Shown here in pieces: positions 38,674-50,900 of a DNA stretch of 64,000 bases. The DNA is taken from contig CAJFCJ010000006.1 of NCBI GenBank assembly GCA_904063045.1, positions 4,418,408 to 4,482,407 on the forward strand, in the 5' to 3' direction. A program made the position numbers and the translations under genes. The notes beneath the pieces are model-generated. The model was given only the letters and a program-made list of their open reading frames with translations. It was not told the origin of the DNA and searched no databases. How positions within the stretch are numbered: the stretch's first letter is position 1; each line of letters begins with the position of its first letter. This DNA is from Dimorphilus gyrociliatus (taxonomy: Eukaryota; Animalia; Annelida).

Positions 38674-40060
38674 CTAGTAGGATTCAAGATCGAAATCTTC
38701 GCCTAAATCATCATAGGTATCCATACTCTGGAAATCAACTTGATATCGCAAAAGGCCACCGATACCACCAAATCCTCTAACAAATTGGCTACCTTCTTGT
38801 GATCGGTCGGTAATAATCTCCAAAGTTGCGCCAAATGTTTTGTAGTTGTTTGCGAACCATTCAAGCAGTGGCTGACTATCTGACATTTCCAAATCAATAC
38901 CGGTTTCCTTATCTTGAAAGTGAGTTTTATCTTTTTCTTCTTCGGGACGCAAGAAAAGAATTTTTTCCTCATCAGTTTGATGATTTTTCAAAACGTAACG
39001 GACAATATCTAAATTTTCCCAAACAATCAGCATTTCTACGGCGCCCATTTCCAAAGCTCTAAGGGTGTCATTAACTCCGAAACAATATTTTCCCGTATCT
39101 TGAGATATTTCATTGAAATAACTTGCTATTAGTTTCTTTTCCTGAATGAATTTAACATTTCCCAAAGCTTCACTAGCCAATTCGATAGCTTGATTAAAAC
39201 CATTCTCCCCACCATATGAAACATCAACTATTTTAATAATTTTTGTTGCTAAACGAGGATCAAACATATCAGACTGAGACAATTCAGTCTTAAAATCGGC
39301 AGAACCAGCTAGGACGAGGCCAGCAACGTTTACTTTGTCATTTGAAATAAATAACGAAATTGCAACTTCAGCTACCTTCCTGACGTAATTATGACGTTTT
39401 TCCATTCGCAGTCTAGCAAAACGAAGGGCTGATTGACCTCCACGACCATGTTTCTTTGGTAAGTCTACTGTAAATTTGTGTAAGACTTCCCGAGTATTAC
39501 CGGATAGAGTTCCGAATAGGGCTCCGTTTCCATCCATTACTATAAATCCAAACTTATTATCATCGGCCAAAAGTGCTGTCAATGCTTCCGTGTGGAACTT
39601 ATTATCACATAAGTATAATGACGTGTTAATCGGCCGAAAAGGCTCAAAATCTATATTGACTTTCTTCTCTTTTCCTTCCGCTGTTACAATAGTTCCACAA
39701 TAGATTACTAAACCATTTAGTGGTACTTTATTGTATAATTTAAGTCGCTGTTGTACGGATGTTATAGCTCCTAACACTGATAAGCGATTAACTCGACTTT
39801 TTATATTGGATGCAGTTCCAAATTCATCAGCCAACATTTTGGCTATCCTCGGAATTTGATCCTTCGGTGGAATAATTAGGGAAATCATGCTGGTTCCATT
39901 CCTATAATGTTAATTTCATAATTTTTATATTCTGATAGAATTTAGTAATTCATTGTTAAACTTACCCTCTGGCAGCTTCAAGGCTTTTGATAAGTTTTTT
40001 TATCTTCCATATTTCGACATTTCGGTCGGCACTAGAGGATTCTCCGTCGTGTGATGACAT
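38674..40060 (-). CDS. ETF1: Eukaryotic peptide chain release factor 1, 2 coding exons (40060-39966, 39901-38674)
   Basis: [21 protein letters not shown]|[22 protein letters not shown] and HGRGGQSA, all canonical. Confidence 0.98.
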
Positions 40061-40352
40061 AACTACAATTAAAATTTTGAAATTATTTCATGATAATCAT
40101 TCCAAATGCATCTCGCATAGAAATTTATGGGCTATTACTTCAAGTTTCCTTGATGCTTTTACTAGTGAGATATATACCAAATCAAATATATAAAAACTTA
40201 TAGCTATTGAATACTATTATTTTAGTCGATCGGCTTCTTACAGTTGCTACTGTAAAATATTTCGATATTTTTAATTTATTAAGCTTCTTCCAAATATTAA
40301 TAGGTTAAATTTCCGGGATGGTTACAAGCACATGTGTAACGTCGAAAATTTA

Positions 40353-40360
40353 TGACGTCA
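40353..40360. promoter_or_regulatory. CRE palindrome in the divergent ETF1/ACTR1 promoter
   Basis: TGACGTCA between head-to-head housekeeping genes. Confidence 0.5.
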
Positions 40361-40981
40361 CAAATGTTAGGTCAGGGGTAAATGGTACAAGATTAGTCAT
40401 TGGTTTATATTACTGGAATAATAAATAAATGTGACGGTCTTAGGTTCAAGGAAATCTTAAAAATTTGTTAACCTAAAAATAATTTCCTTTTTTTTTTACC
40501 AAAAAGACTACGTAACGTGTCGGTATTACTAAAGAAAGAACAAATTGACGGAACCTATAATCACTGTATGTGTGTGTGTGTATTTTTTTTTAACACAATC
40601 ATGCTAAAATTAACAATAACAGAAACAAGCAACAAGATTATTACAGTAGTTTTTTCACTAATATTATAAAAATAAATCCAATTATTCAATTAAAACCCAA
40701 ACTTATTCAAATACAAAAAGTACGCTTCTTTAGAGATTGTAATACAGCTATATATCTAAAACTGTACTTTTAGAATTCTTTCTGTTAATTTAGATATTAA
40801 TAGTTAAAAAATAAAACACTTTTAAAAGAGTTTATTTTTAGAATTCAAGATGAATTAACATTACCAGTTGAGTTTACGGAAATACGGAAGTTAATCATAC
40901 CCAAATGCGAATCTGCAACAAAATATAGCAGATGAAATTTATATTAAAGTCAGCTTAAAATCACTAATTGCATCAACAAAT

Positions 40982-42547
40982 ATGGATTCATACGACGTTA
41001 TCGCTAATCAACCTGTTGTCATTGATAATGTAATTAAAATATTATTTCTAGCCATAAATTGAAACGTTATTTTACACCTCTCAAAAATATCATTAAAATT
41101 GACAGATGCCGCATCGATTTTAACCTTTCTCTTTTTAATTTTTCAGGGGTCAGGTATGATTAAAGCTGGCTTTGCGGGTGACCAACTGCCGAAATATAAC
41201 TTCCCCAATTAGTATGAATATTAAATTATGTGATGAGCAGCCATGTTAACTATTTCTAATATTAACAACAGCATCGGAAGACCTAAACATGTCCGGGTAA
41301 TGGCTGGTGCTTTAGAAGGTGACACATTTCTCGGACCCCGAGCAGAAGAACATCGTGGATTATTATCTCTTAGATATCCAATGGAACATGGCATAGTAAA
41401 AGATTGGAATGATATGGAAAAAATCTGGTCATACGTTTACTCCAAAGATCAGTTGCATACCTTTTCTGAAGAACATCCTGTCCTATTAACCGAAGCCCCT
41501 TTGAACCCCAGACAAAATCGAGAAAGAGCTGCCGAAATATTTTTTGAAACTTTCAATGTTCCTGCCTTGTTTATCTCTATGCAGGCGATTCTTAGTTTAT
41601 ATGCAACTGGCCGAACAACCGGAGTAGTTCTTGATTCGGGTGATGGTGTGACTCACGCAGTCCCTATTTATGAAGGTTTTGCAATGCCACACAGCATTAT
41701 GAGATCAGACGTCGCCGGTAGAGATGTCACTAAATACTTACAATTATTACTAAGAAAAGAAGGATGTAACTTTCACACTTCTGCGGAATTGGAAATAGTA
41801 AAAACGATCAAAGAGGTTACAAATACTTAAAGTAAACACTATTAAATATTCTAATTGGAATTTTTTATTTTAGAGAGCTTGCTATCTTTCGAATAATCCT
41901 CAGAAAGAGGAAACTATTCCAGCAGTAAAAATGACATACACCTTGCCAGATGGCAGTACTCTTGATGTAATATGTGAAATGAATATTAATAAATACACGC
42001 CAAGAATAATTATAAAATTTTTAATAACAGATCGGACCTGCAAGATTTAGAGCACCGGAATTGTTGTTTAGACCAGATTTAATTGGGGAAGAATATGAAG
42101 GTATTCATGAAGTTTTATCCTTCTCAATCCAAAAGTGCGATATGGATTTACGGCGAATTCTCTATTCGAATATTGTTCTATCCGGTGGATCGACTCTATT
42201 TAAGGGTACGTTGTAAATTGTCATCATTTTGGGACCATCTCACAAAAAATAATATTGTTCATGGTGTTTTTACAGGTTTTGGTGACAGACTTCTGAGCGA
42301 AATAAAAAAATTAGCACCAAAGGATATCAAAATTCGTATATCAGCTCCACAGGAGAGATTATACTCTACATGGATAGGGTTTGTTTATTAAATTTCCAAA
42401 TGAGAAATTAATATTTAACAAGACTATTATGTTTATTTAAACAGAGGTTCGATTTTAGCGTCACTCGATACGTTCAAGAGGATGTGGGTGTCTAAACGAG
42501 AGTACAATGAAGAAAGCGTTCGAGCTATCCATAGAAAAACTTTCTAG
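40982..42547 (+). CDS. ACTR1A: Actin-related protein 1 (centractin, dynactin filament), 7 exons
   Basis: [16 protein letters not shown]|[40 protein letters not shown]|FGDRLLSE and [18 protein letters not shown]. Confidence 0.96.
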
Positions 42548-42859
42548 TTTAAATTATTTTTTATTTACTACTTAAGGCGCTTTCCAATCTGCTTTGTTTT
42601 TCCTTTGTATGTTGACGGTGTTTTGAAACTCGGTTCATAGGGCGTTTATAAAAGGTTAAGTGTATGTCTCATCAACAATATTTGGGTGTGTAGTTCCAAA
42701 TTTAATATATATATAATATATATAAAAACATATATATATATATTTATATAGGTGCTGCAATTTTATGTTGCAAGCTGGTTTGTTGGATAAAAATCGTCCT
42801 AAATTATTCAGTTAATTTGTTTTATTGTGTACTACGAATTTAAACTATACGAAAAATAA

Positions 42860-43324
42860 TTATTTTTCCTCACTGACTGCACGTTTCTTGAATGCGCTAA
42901 AAGCAACTCCTCCTATTAGAGCAACAACGGTTAAACCTAAAATAACATATAAATCGTAAAATTCGCTTCATTATTCATGAATTATAGATTATCATTGAAA
43001 AACCTTGGGCTAATACACGCATTCGCATCATCTTTTGGGATTTGACTTTATCGCCAGTTTTCATGGTCCAAATTCCCCTACCCAATACAATTGTAGTTGC
43101 CAGCAACCCTATAAAAAAGTTAATATCATCGTCATAAATATTATCATTTTCAACTGACCAAGTGGTACAAGAGGATTTTCTTTGAATTTTCTCTGAAATT
43201 TTTCCTTGAAAGTCTCTTGCGCGTGAAACTGTGAAGGTGCTTGCGAAATGTAGCCCAACTCTGCTTCTAAAGCTTCAATTTCTTTTTTCTTATCAGAACT
43301 ATCTGATGTTATGTTAGATGCCAT
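42860..43324 (-). CDS. HIGD2A: HIG1-domain family member 2A-like, 3 exons
   Basis: ETFKEKFQRKFKENPLVPLG|LLATT..G..TMKTGD..SQKMMRMRVLAQG|LTVVAL (QxxMRxRVxAQG hallmark). Confidence 0.88.
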
Positions 43325-43498
43325 TATATTAGGTTCTTGCTTCACAGTTCCGAATTCGTATGTTTTCAACAAGGTCAAGGTTAAAGCTACCAGTTTTTGA
43401 GACGTGACTACGGTTATATTTTGTATAAGTTCACGTTTTTTCTGACTACTGTTTTATCGTTAATTAACTAAATAGTTTTTTAACGGAAATCGCTTACT

Positions 43499-44612
43499 AT
43501 GGGAAAGCCGAAAAAGCGTGTTAAGAAGTATAATTATACAAAAAACAGAAAAAAAGTAAATCTTAAGGCGCAAAAGCTTCCTCACATAGAATGGTTAGTA
43601 TAAACGATGGCTATTAAAGACGCTCATGTAGAATGGAAGCAAGGTATCTGTGTTTTAAGATACCCTAATTGAGACACTCTGAATCTGTAAGACTTATCCC
43701 CGACAATGTGCCTAATTAGGTAAAGACGCTAAAAAAGCCCATAATTGCTTTCTTTTCCGGCAAAAGAATAATTTGGTATTCTTTTTAGCAGGTTTTAAAA
43801 CTAAAATTTCAGTATGACAGACGATGTGCATAATTTTCATCTTAATAATAATTAAACATATATATATATATCAAGGATAAACGAAGATAACAATAAACTT
43901 ATACAGTCGTTGTATTTTCTATTGATTCATCATTTTATATTATTATATTTCTGAATAATATATGAAACAGATGAAATCCTAGGACATTAGTGATAATTCC
44001 GATTCTATCATAAACAAACTAGAGACAGTATGATAAATCTATTTTAATTATTTATGATGACTTTTAGTAATGAAATACGCAAAAATTGGAATGTAAAGAA
44101 AACCGTGAAAAGAAACCTAAAAGACATGGGTATTTCTGCTGATCCGAATGCGACTATTAAATTACGACAAGCTTTTGACGAGGATGAAGTGATAGAAAAG
44201 GTGTCAACTAGAAGTATACAAAAAATAAGGAAAGAGAAAGGTCACGTTGTTAAGGGTTTGTTTTATTTTGCTTTTGTTTAGTTTGATTTGCAAAATTGAC
44301 TACTTACAGAATTAGAGGAACAAGCAAACGTTCCTGATAAAGGAGTATTTCGATTGCCAGATAACGAAATTGATTTTTGTACACACATGCTTGACAAGCA
44401 CGGAGATGATTATAAAGTAAGAAATAACTTTTTATTATTTATTTAATAAGATTGAATTAACTATTCTACAATTAATCAAGGCTATGGCTATGGATAAGAA
44501 GAATTACTATCAAGACACGCCCAAGCAAATTCGAAAGAAGATTCTCAAATTCAAATCGATACCAGAACATTATAACACTTATTTAGAAAGTAGAAAAAAA
44601 ACAGTCAATTAA
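43499..44612 (+). CDS. NOP16: Nucleolar protein 16, 4 exons
   Basis: IEC|NEIRKNWNVKKTVKRNLKDMGISADPN, MLDKHGDDYK|AMAMDKKNYYQDTPKQIRKKI. Confidence 0.92.
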
Positions 44613-44653
44613 TGATCTTGTTTGTTAATAAACTTGTGTATATAAAGCGAAAG

Positions 44654-44668
44654 TACGCCATCTGCTGT
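44654..44668 (-). promoter_or_regulatory. CTCF-like motif ACAGCAGATGGCGTA between the NOP16 3' end and the MEX3 promoter
   Basis: Same 14-mer as the site at 13039-13053. Confidence 0.5.
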
Positions 44669-44949
44669 TGGAACAATGGCAAATGACAAACGATATGTTC
44701 GGAAAATCAAAAGCAATAACTGTGTTAATTAGGCGAATAAAAACGATAGTATTGTAATGAAAGGCATTGCTGAGTAGATATATAAATAATTGAGTGAATA
44801 TTTTCGAACTGAGAGCACGAAATCGAATGGACCAATGATAATTGAGCAATGCCTATAAGGCTTGGAATTGTGGGTAGCCCCTGACGTCAAATTTTATTGA
44901 TTGGTACATTCGCCGAGAAAAGTTTGACGGGAGAACATTTGACGTCGAG

Positions 44950-46018
44950 ATGAGCTTCGGAATGCAAGAAACCGACTTTTTATCTTCTTCATACGCGCAA
45001 CTACTGCCGTCCTTTAACAGCCACTTCCTAAACGGCGTAAGTCCGAATACGACTGAGCGCGTTCCAGTGCCCAGCTCAGAGCATGTGGCGGAAATTGTTG
45101 GACGGCAAGGTAACCTTTTATTTCAGTAGTCGATATCAGTATTCTTTTATCTACTTTAGACGCCTTTCAAAAAAAATTTATGTAAATATCTTAAATACAA
45201 ACAAGCTAATTAGGCGAATTTGAGTTTAAATCGCATAAAAAATTGCTTACGTCCTGTTGACAAATATCAAGCTGTTTATTGCATGTGACCTCTTAATTTG
45301 CTTAGGTAATAAAATAAAGACGCTTCGTTCTACAACACGGACGTATATTAAAACACCTATGCGAGGTGAAGAGTCTGTTTTTGTCGTTACCGGAAAGAAG
45401 GAGGACGTGGAAAAAGCGAAAATGATGATTCTCTCGGCCGCCGAACATTTCAGTAAAGTAAGGGCGTCGAGAAAATGCTTAAGTGGTATGAACGGTACCG
45501 CTGAGGGCAGGATATCGGTAAAACACCACGTGCCATACCGCTACATCGGCCTAGTTGTTGGACAGAAAGGTGCCACGATAAAAAAAATTCAGCAAATGAC
45601 CAATACTTATATACAAACTCCGTCTCGAACTGCTCCGCCTGAATTTGAAATTGAAGGGACGGAAGCCAATGTTCGCCTAGCTATTCAAGAAATTGAAAGA
45701 CATATTAAAGAAAGAACGTTGGCTGGTTTGTCAAATGCTTTTGCTGAGAGGAAGATTCAAGAGGCTCTCGAGTCTATGAAAATGGAGAATAGCTCGCGCG
45801 AAGCTACTCTACCTACTCCTATTCAGTTTGACGACGTGTTCGATTTGAATTCGATTAGCGGTGCATTGAAAGGAGTTTCGTGTTCTAGTCCAAAATGGTC
45901 TACGGATTCTGGTTTGCATAGTCTATGCACTGATTCAACTTGGCCAACCTCCTCATCATCAATGGGAAGCGGTAGCGGCTCCTCCTCGCCTGCAGTTGAC
46001 GAAAACTTTCGCTACTGA
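44950..46018 (+). CDS. MEX3: MEX3-family double-KH RNA-binding protein with no C-terminal RING; 2 exons (44950-45109, 45306-46018)
   Basis: [20 protein letters not shown]|[35 protein letters not shown] (KH1) and [33 protein letters not shown] (KH2), then a Ser-rich tail and stop. Confidence 0.92.
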
Positions 46019-47914
46019 ATTCAAAAGAAAAAAAAAATATGGAATTTATCTTCAAAAAATATTATAAAAAGATTTAAAAATGGAGATTTTATTAGAAAAC
46101 TACGAGATTATTAAAATTTTTGAAGAAATTATCGAAAGAAAAAAGCAGTTGTTCTTCCCTCATCGGTTTTTAAATGCAACTTTTAAACCTCTTTATCCAG
46201 AGAGTCTGTTTCTTTGTCATTTTTTTTACAAAGTATTTTCTATACTTAAAAAAGAATTAACTAGATCGCATAATGAGATGAATAAGTTAGATGTATGTGT
46301 ATATATTGGCATGTACCGAAGATATATATATATATATATATATATATGTAAGTATGTATATATGTATGTAAATATATATATATGTATGTAAATATATATA
46401 TATATATGTATACATAGATGGTCTCTTTGCATTAACGAGATATTTTAACTGAAATTGCTTTGAATATTGTTGTTTTTAAAATTTATTTTTTAGCTCCGTA
46501 TACATTCTATATATTCTATATTCTTATACTGGAATTTTTAAGATGATAATAAAAGAAACGTTAAATAATGAAAAAAGGACTTTCTTTTTTTTTTTTAAAT
46601 TCTACTTGTCGGCTTCTTCTCGTTGCAACGAATGCCCGTAATTGAATGCAAAATGAGACATAATGAATGACGCTCGGGACGGGTATAAACGCTCAGTGCC
46701 TTCTGTATATAGGCCTCGAAGCGTCTTTAATTATTGAGTAGTCGGCGCTCTCGTCGGGTTTAGCGTTTATATAAGCAGGAGAAAAAGAGTGGACGAGCGC
46801 TTGATAGGAGTTCAATATCCGACTACTGATTGGTTCCGATCGATTAGATGTGTGGTAGAGAGGGTAGAGGGGCGGAATGTTTGAAGGCAGATATTATATG
46901 TGAAAACCTTTTCGATGGATGGCCGTTTTGGGTGGAAAATTTAATCAGACAGCAATTAGGAAATAAGTATAGCGGCGCTGTTGTTGTTTTTAGGCTTTCG
47001 TCGCTTTTAATGCGTAGTAATGAGTCTATAAAGGCGAACGAAGGAACACCTGCGACCCTTTTTCTTCCTCTCTTTCTGCCCTTTTCAGTAACTCTGCACT
47101 ATACCTTTGCACACTTTCAGCCATCAGAAATAGTATTCAATCCCAAAGGCCTATAAACCTCATAAGATATTCTACTCTAATAATAATATATTCAATGTAT
47201 ATAGGGGAAAGAAATTTGGCGTATATAAAAACGTTATCTAAACTCGGCACGAATGTAATAATATCGGACGGCTGCGATGCGAACAATCATCCAATCAGCG
47301 TCTGACCGATAAAAATGTAATTTCTACACCCCAGACGCCCCCTTAGCGTTTTCGGTCGTCAATTAGAGACGTTTTTTCTTTCTTCTTCTTCTACCGATCG
47401 TGCAAGCGCTAATCAAACGCCAACAAAGGCTCGTCTATTAGCGGATTAAGTGGAAATTTAATGATTTTTTCCTTTTCTTTATCATTACATTTCTTATTCC
47501 AAGACATTTACCGTCAAAGAGAGTGTTTCTATTTAATTCAAAATAAAACTTTCCTCTACCTCCCTCTTTCGTCAACAAAGTAAAATCCCTTTTTTCAATA
47601 ATCCACTTCTCCCGCCCCCGTTCTCTACTAGCCTTTTCCAAGACCCCTCTGTACCTCCCTTCGCCAATCTCAAGTGACCATGTTCCCTGGAACATTCAAA
47701 TGAATTACGTTAAGAAAAAGTAGATCGATTGTATCCGGCCAGTTTTTGAGATATTCATGAACTTTTACTATACAACGATTACTGTGTAGCATTTGCCTTA
47801 CGGTTCGTCGAGCTCTTGTTTTGCCTAAAGCTATAGGCGCTTATTTATATTTCTTTCAATTATATCAAATTTAATACTTTGTAATAGTTCAAAAATTTTA
47901 ATAATAGTATTTTT

Positions 47915-50900
47915 TCAAGGTTCACTCATATCCTGAGATATGTACGATAGATGGCGTTCAAAAGATGGTCTGGATGAACTTCTTCGAACTGGTTGTGCAA
48001 CTTCGTTTGAAAAGTCACTGGAAGTAAAAACACCACTATCCGATAACGTACTGAGAAGTTCGTCTTCAGAGACATGCGTTGAAACTGATAGTTGTGTCTC
48101 AAAACGGAATTTAGTTGGTTCTATTTTACTCATTCTTCGACGTTGCCAGAATCTTAAGTTTTGATATCTGATGAAAAGAGGAAAAATACAATAATAATAA
48201 TAAACAACAACAATATATAATAAATTGAAAAGAATGCATAATATACAAATATTTATCAGAATACTTTTTAAAAAGAACAACAGCGATGATTATCAGAATC
48301 AATGCAATTGCAATTCCGACTATTATTCCGACTAATTCGGCTGTTGATAGTTGATCTCTACGATCTGTGTAGAAGAGAAGAAGATTTTTTTTTATAAATA
48401 TATGTAATGTTACAAAAGATAAAGGAAGGAAGGAAGGGAGGAAAAGAGGGTGAGAGAGATAGAGAGAGAGAGAGAGAGAAGAATGAGTGATAAACAGATA
48501 GGCCAGTTGAAAGATGGACTAAAAGATAGAATAATGTCTAATTAACTTTTATACCATTTAGTTGAGATTCTAAAAGAGCCGGATTGGAGCTTGTAGAGGA
48601 GTTCGGATTTACTGCTTGAAGAGTTGCTAATTTAAAAGAACAGCCTTAGATTTCCTTTATAGTCACGAATCGATCGACTCACTCGAAACATTACTAGTCA
48701 TCTTTGGCGTCCCTCTAACAAGAGTAGTTTTTGTAGGCGTTACTTCCCCTCTTGAAGTTGGGGGTAGCGAGCTTTTTGTTGCGATTATCAAAGGCTCGGT
48801 AAAGATCTTCCTCGAAAAATCTTTCAATATATATATAAAATAATAGAACAACCACAGTTCAGGAGATTTCAACGACACAATTTTTCACTGGCATTAAACC
48901 AATGATATATCGATCAAATCAATATTGATTAAATGAATACAAGAAAATAGGCTTACCATTCTGCCATTTTGTTGTTGTTGAAGGAAGAGAAGGTGTAGAG
49001 GGTAATGTAGGCTTAGGAACAAGCTTGCAATTAGTCTCGTTATATAATTGATAACCATCACTACAAAGACAATTCGAAATTACGCAGAGTTGCTCGCAAA
49101 TTCCAACTGGACATTCCAACCTCCCGGGATTATTGCTAGAATTTACCACGATAACTTGATTCATCATACTGAAGACATCTTGTCTCAGTAGCTCATGAGT
49201 ATTGTTCAAGCCACCGCTCTTGAGAGCTTTACCTATTCCCCTAACTCGCCAATTGGTAAAATAAATATATTCGTCAACTACAATTATAGAAAATAACATC
49301 CACGAGTCAAAGGCTTCAGATATGAATTTATAATCACTTCCATCAGTCTTTATGGATGATATTGATTTGTCCATGAAATTGTTAAAATATAGTCTCCCTT
49401 CCTTCTCATCAAGGGCTAAAGGATATCCGAAATTTCCTTTTCTTAGTAACTTAAGTTCAGTTCCGTCAAAGTTAATATTATAAATTTCTGCATAGGTTAC
49501 AAAATAAATTTTTCTGTAAAAAACAAAAAATATATATACTGTATATATAAACTATTAATCAACCTATTAATTAAATTAACAGTGTTTTATATTTATATTA
49601 ATTAACCTAGATTTGTATTCGATAGAGAGTTGACGAACAGTTGTTCTACTATATAGAACTTTTTTGTATCTTCCATCCGTTGAAGATAGTGTGAGGCGGC
49701 GCCCTTCGTTGGTTATCAATAAATCGGAAAAAATATCGTATTCCATATAAAGAGTAACTGAAAAGAGGTTGTTTTTTATGTTTTTTCTATTCACAAACTC
49801 TGTGTAATACTGTGTTTTGTCTTACATTGTTGTCGAATTGACGTAACTGTTCCATTCTCGTAATATATCCGTAAATATCCGTATGATAGATCATAGTAAA
49901 AAATTCTCTTATTTCGCAAGTCGTAGGTTAAACCAACCGGCCTAGTAAAAGTAGGTTGAAGATTAAGTACTGGGGAATATTTTTTAAAGTCCAGGGATAT
50001 TTTATAAATAGCATTTTTATAATCGTCTGCAATCAACAGATAGCTTGTATCATTAAAAGTGTTTGGACTGCATTTGTTTCCATTTTCCGGATTTGTTTGA
50101 TATCCATCCTGACAAACACACTCGAAAGAATCGAACGAAGGAACGCAGATATGCTGGCACGGGCAACTCCGTGCACTACTTATATTATCGCTTCTCCAAC
50201 CGTTGTAATTAAATATACTTAACGAACCAAATCCCTTAACGTTCTCCTTGCTATGCTCTCTCAGAACCCTCCCGGTCCTCTTATCTATAAAGACTATCAA
50301 ACCCCTCGCCGCCGTTGTTTTTACAGCAACCGCCAGCAAATTCTATCGAGGGAAAATAAGATGAAACACAAAAGTGTTTCCTATATATTCAATTTTTGAA
50401 AGCAATAAATACCCCGTAGAAAGCCATATCGGTTACATTCCATCCTTCCTTGACATGAAAAGTAATATTGTTGGACAGACTCCGTATTTTTTCATCTACT
50501 GAAAAATACAGACTGTCGTCCGAATAGTCTAAAGCTAATCCTCTTATTTCACTTTCGGCCTGGAACAAAACTTTAATATCACTTCCCGTTAACGTGGATG
50601 TTTTTATCGTGTTTTCTTCTACCCAAATTAATCGGCTATATGCAAATTAAAAAATATAAAATAAATATCCACAAAAAAAATGATAAAATTATCAAAGAGA
50701 TAAGGAAGAATGATATAGAATGAGGAATACGGATGAGGAGGAAGATGAAAATAGTACTGTTTCTCTTAATAACAAAAAAGTCTATGTACTTACTAGAATT
50801 TGTAATCGACGATTAAGCTTTTGGGTTTAAATAGGTTACAAATGATTGCCTTCCTCTGGTTATTTTCGTTGTGTAAATGAATACATTTGGTTGCAGGCGA

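Noticed and set aside
38674-40060. Possible variant-genetic-code eRF1
   Set aside because: GTS, TASNIKS, YxCxxxF and GGQ are all canonical, and genes in the window use TAA, TAG and TGA as stops.
46080-46432. ORFs across the MEX3 3' region (and similar ones at 1046-1240, 35172-35378, 59351-59578)
   Set aside because: Tyr/Ile repeats translated from (TA)n and (TATG)n runs.
46848-47156. Cys-containing ORF as the missing MEX3 RING exon
   Set aside because: No C3HC4 spacing and no usable splice path from MEX3.
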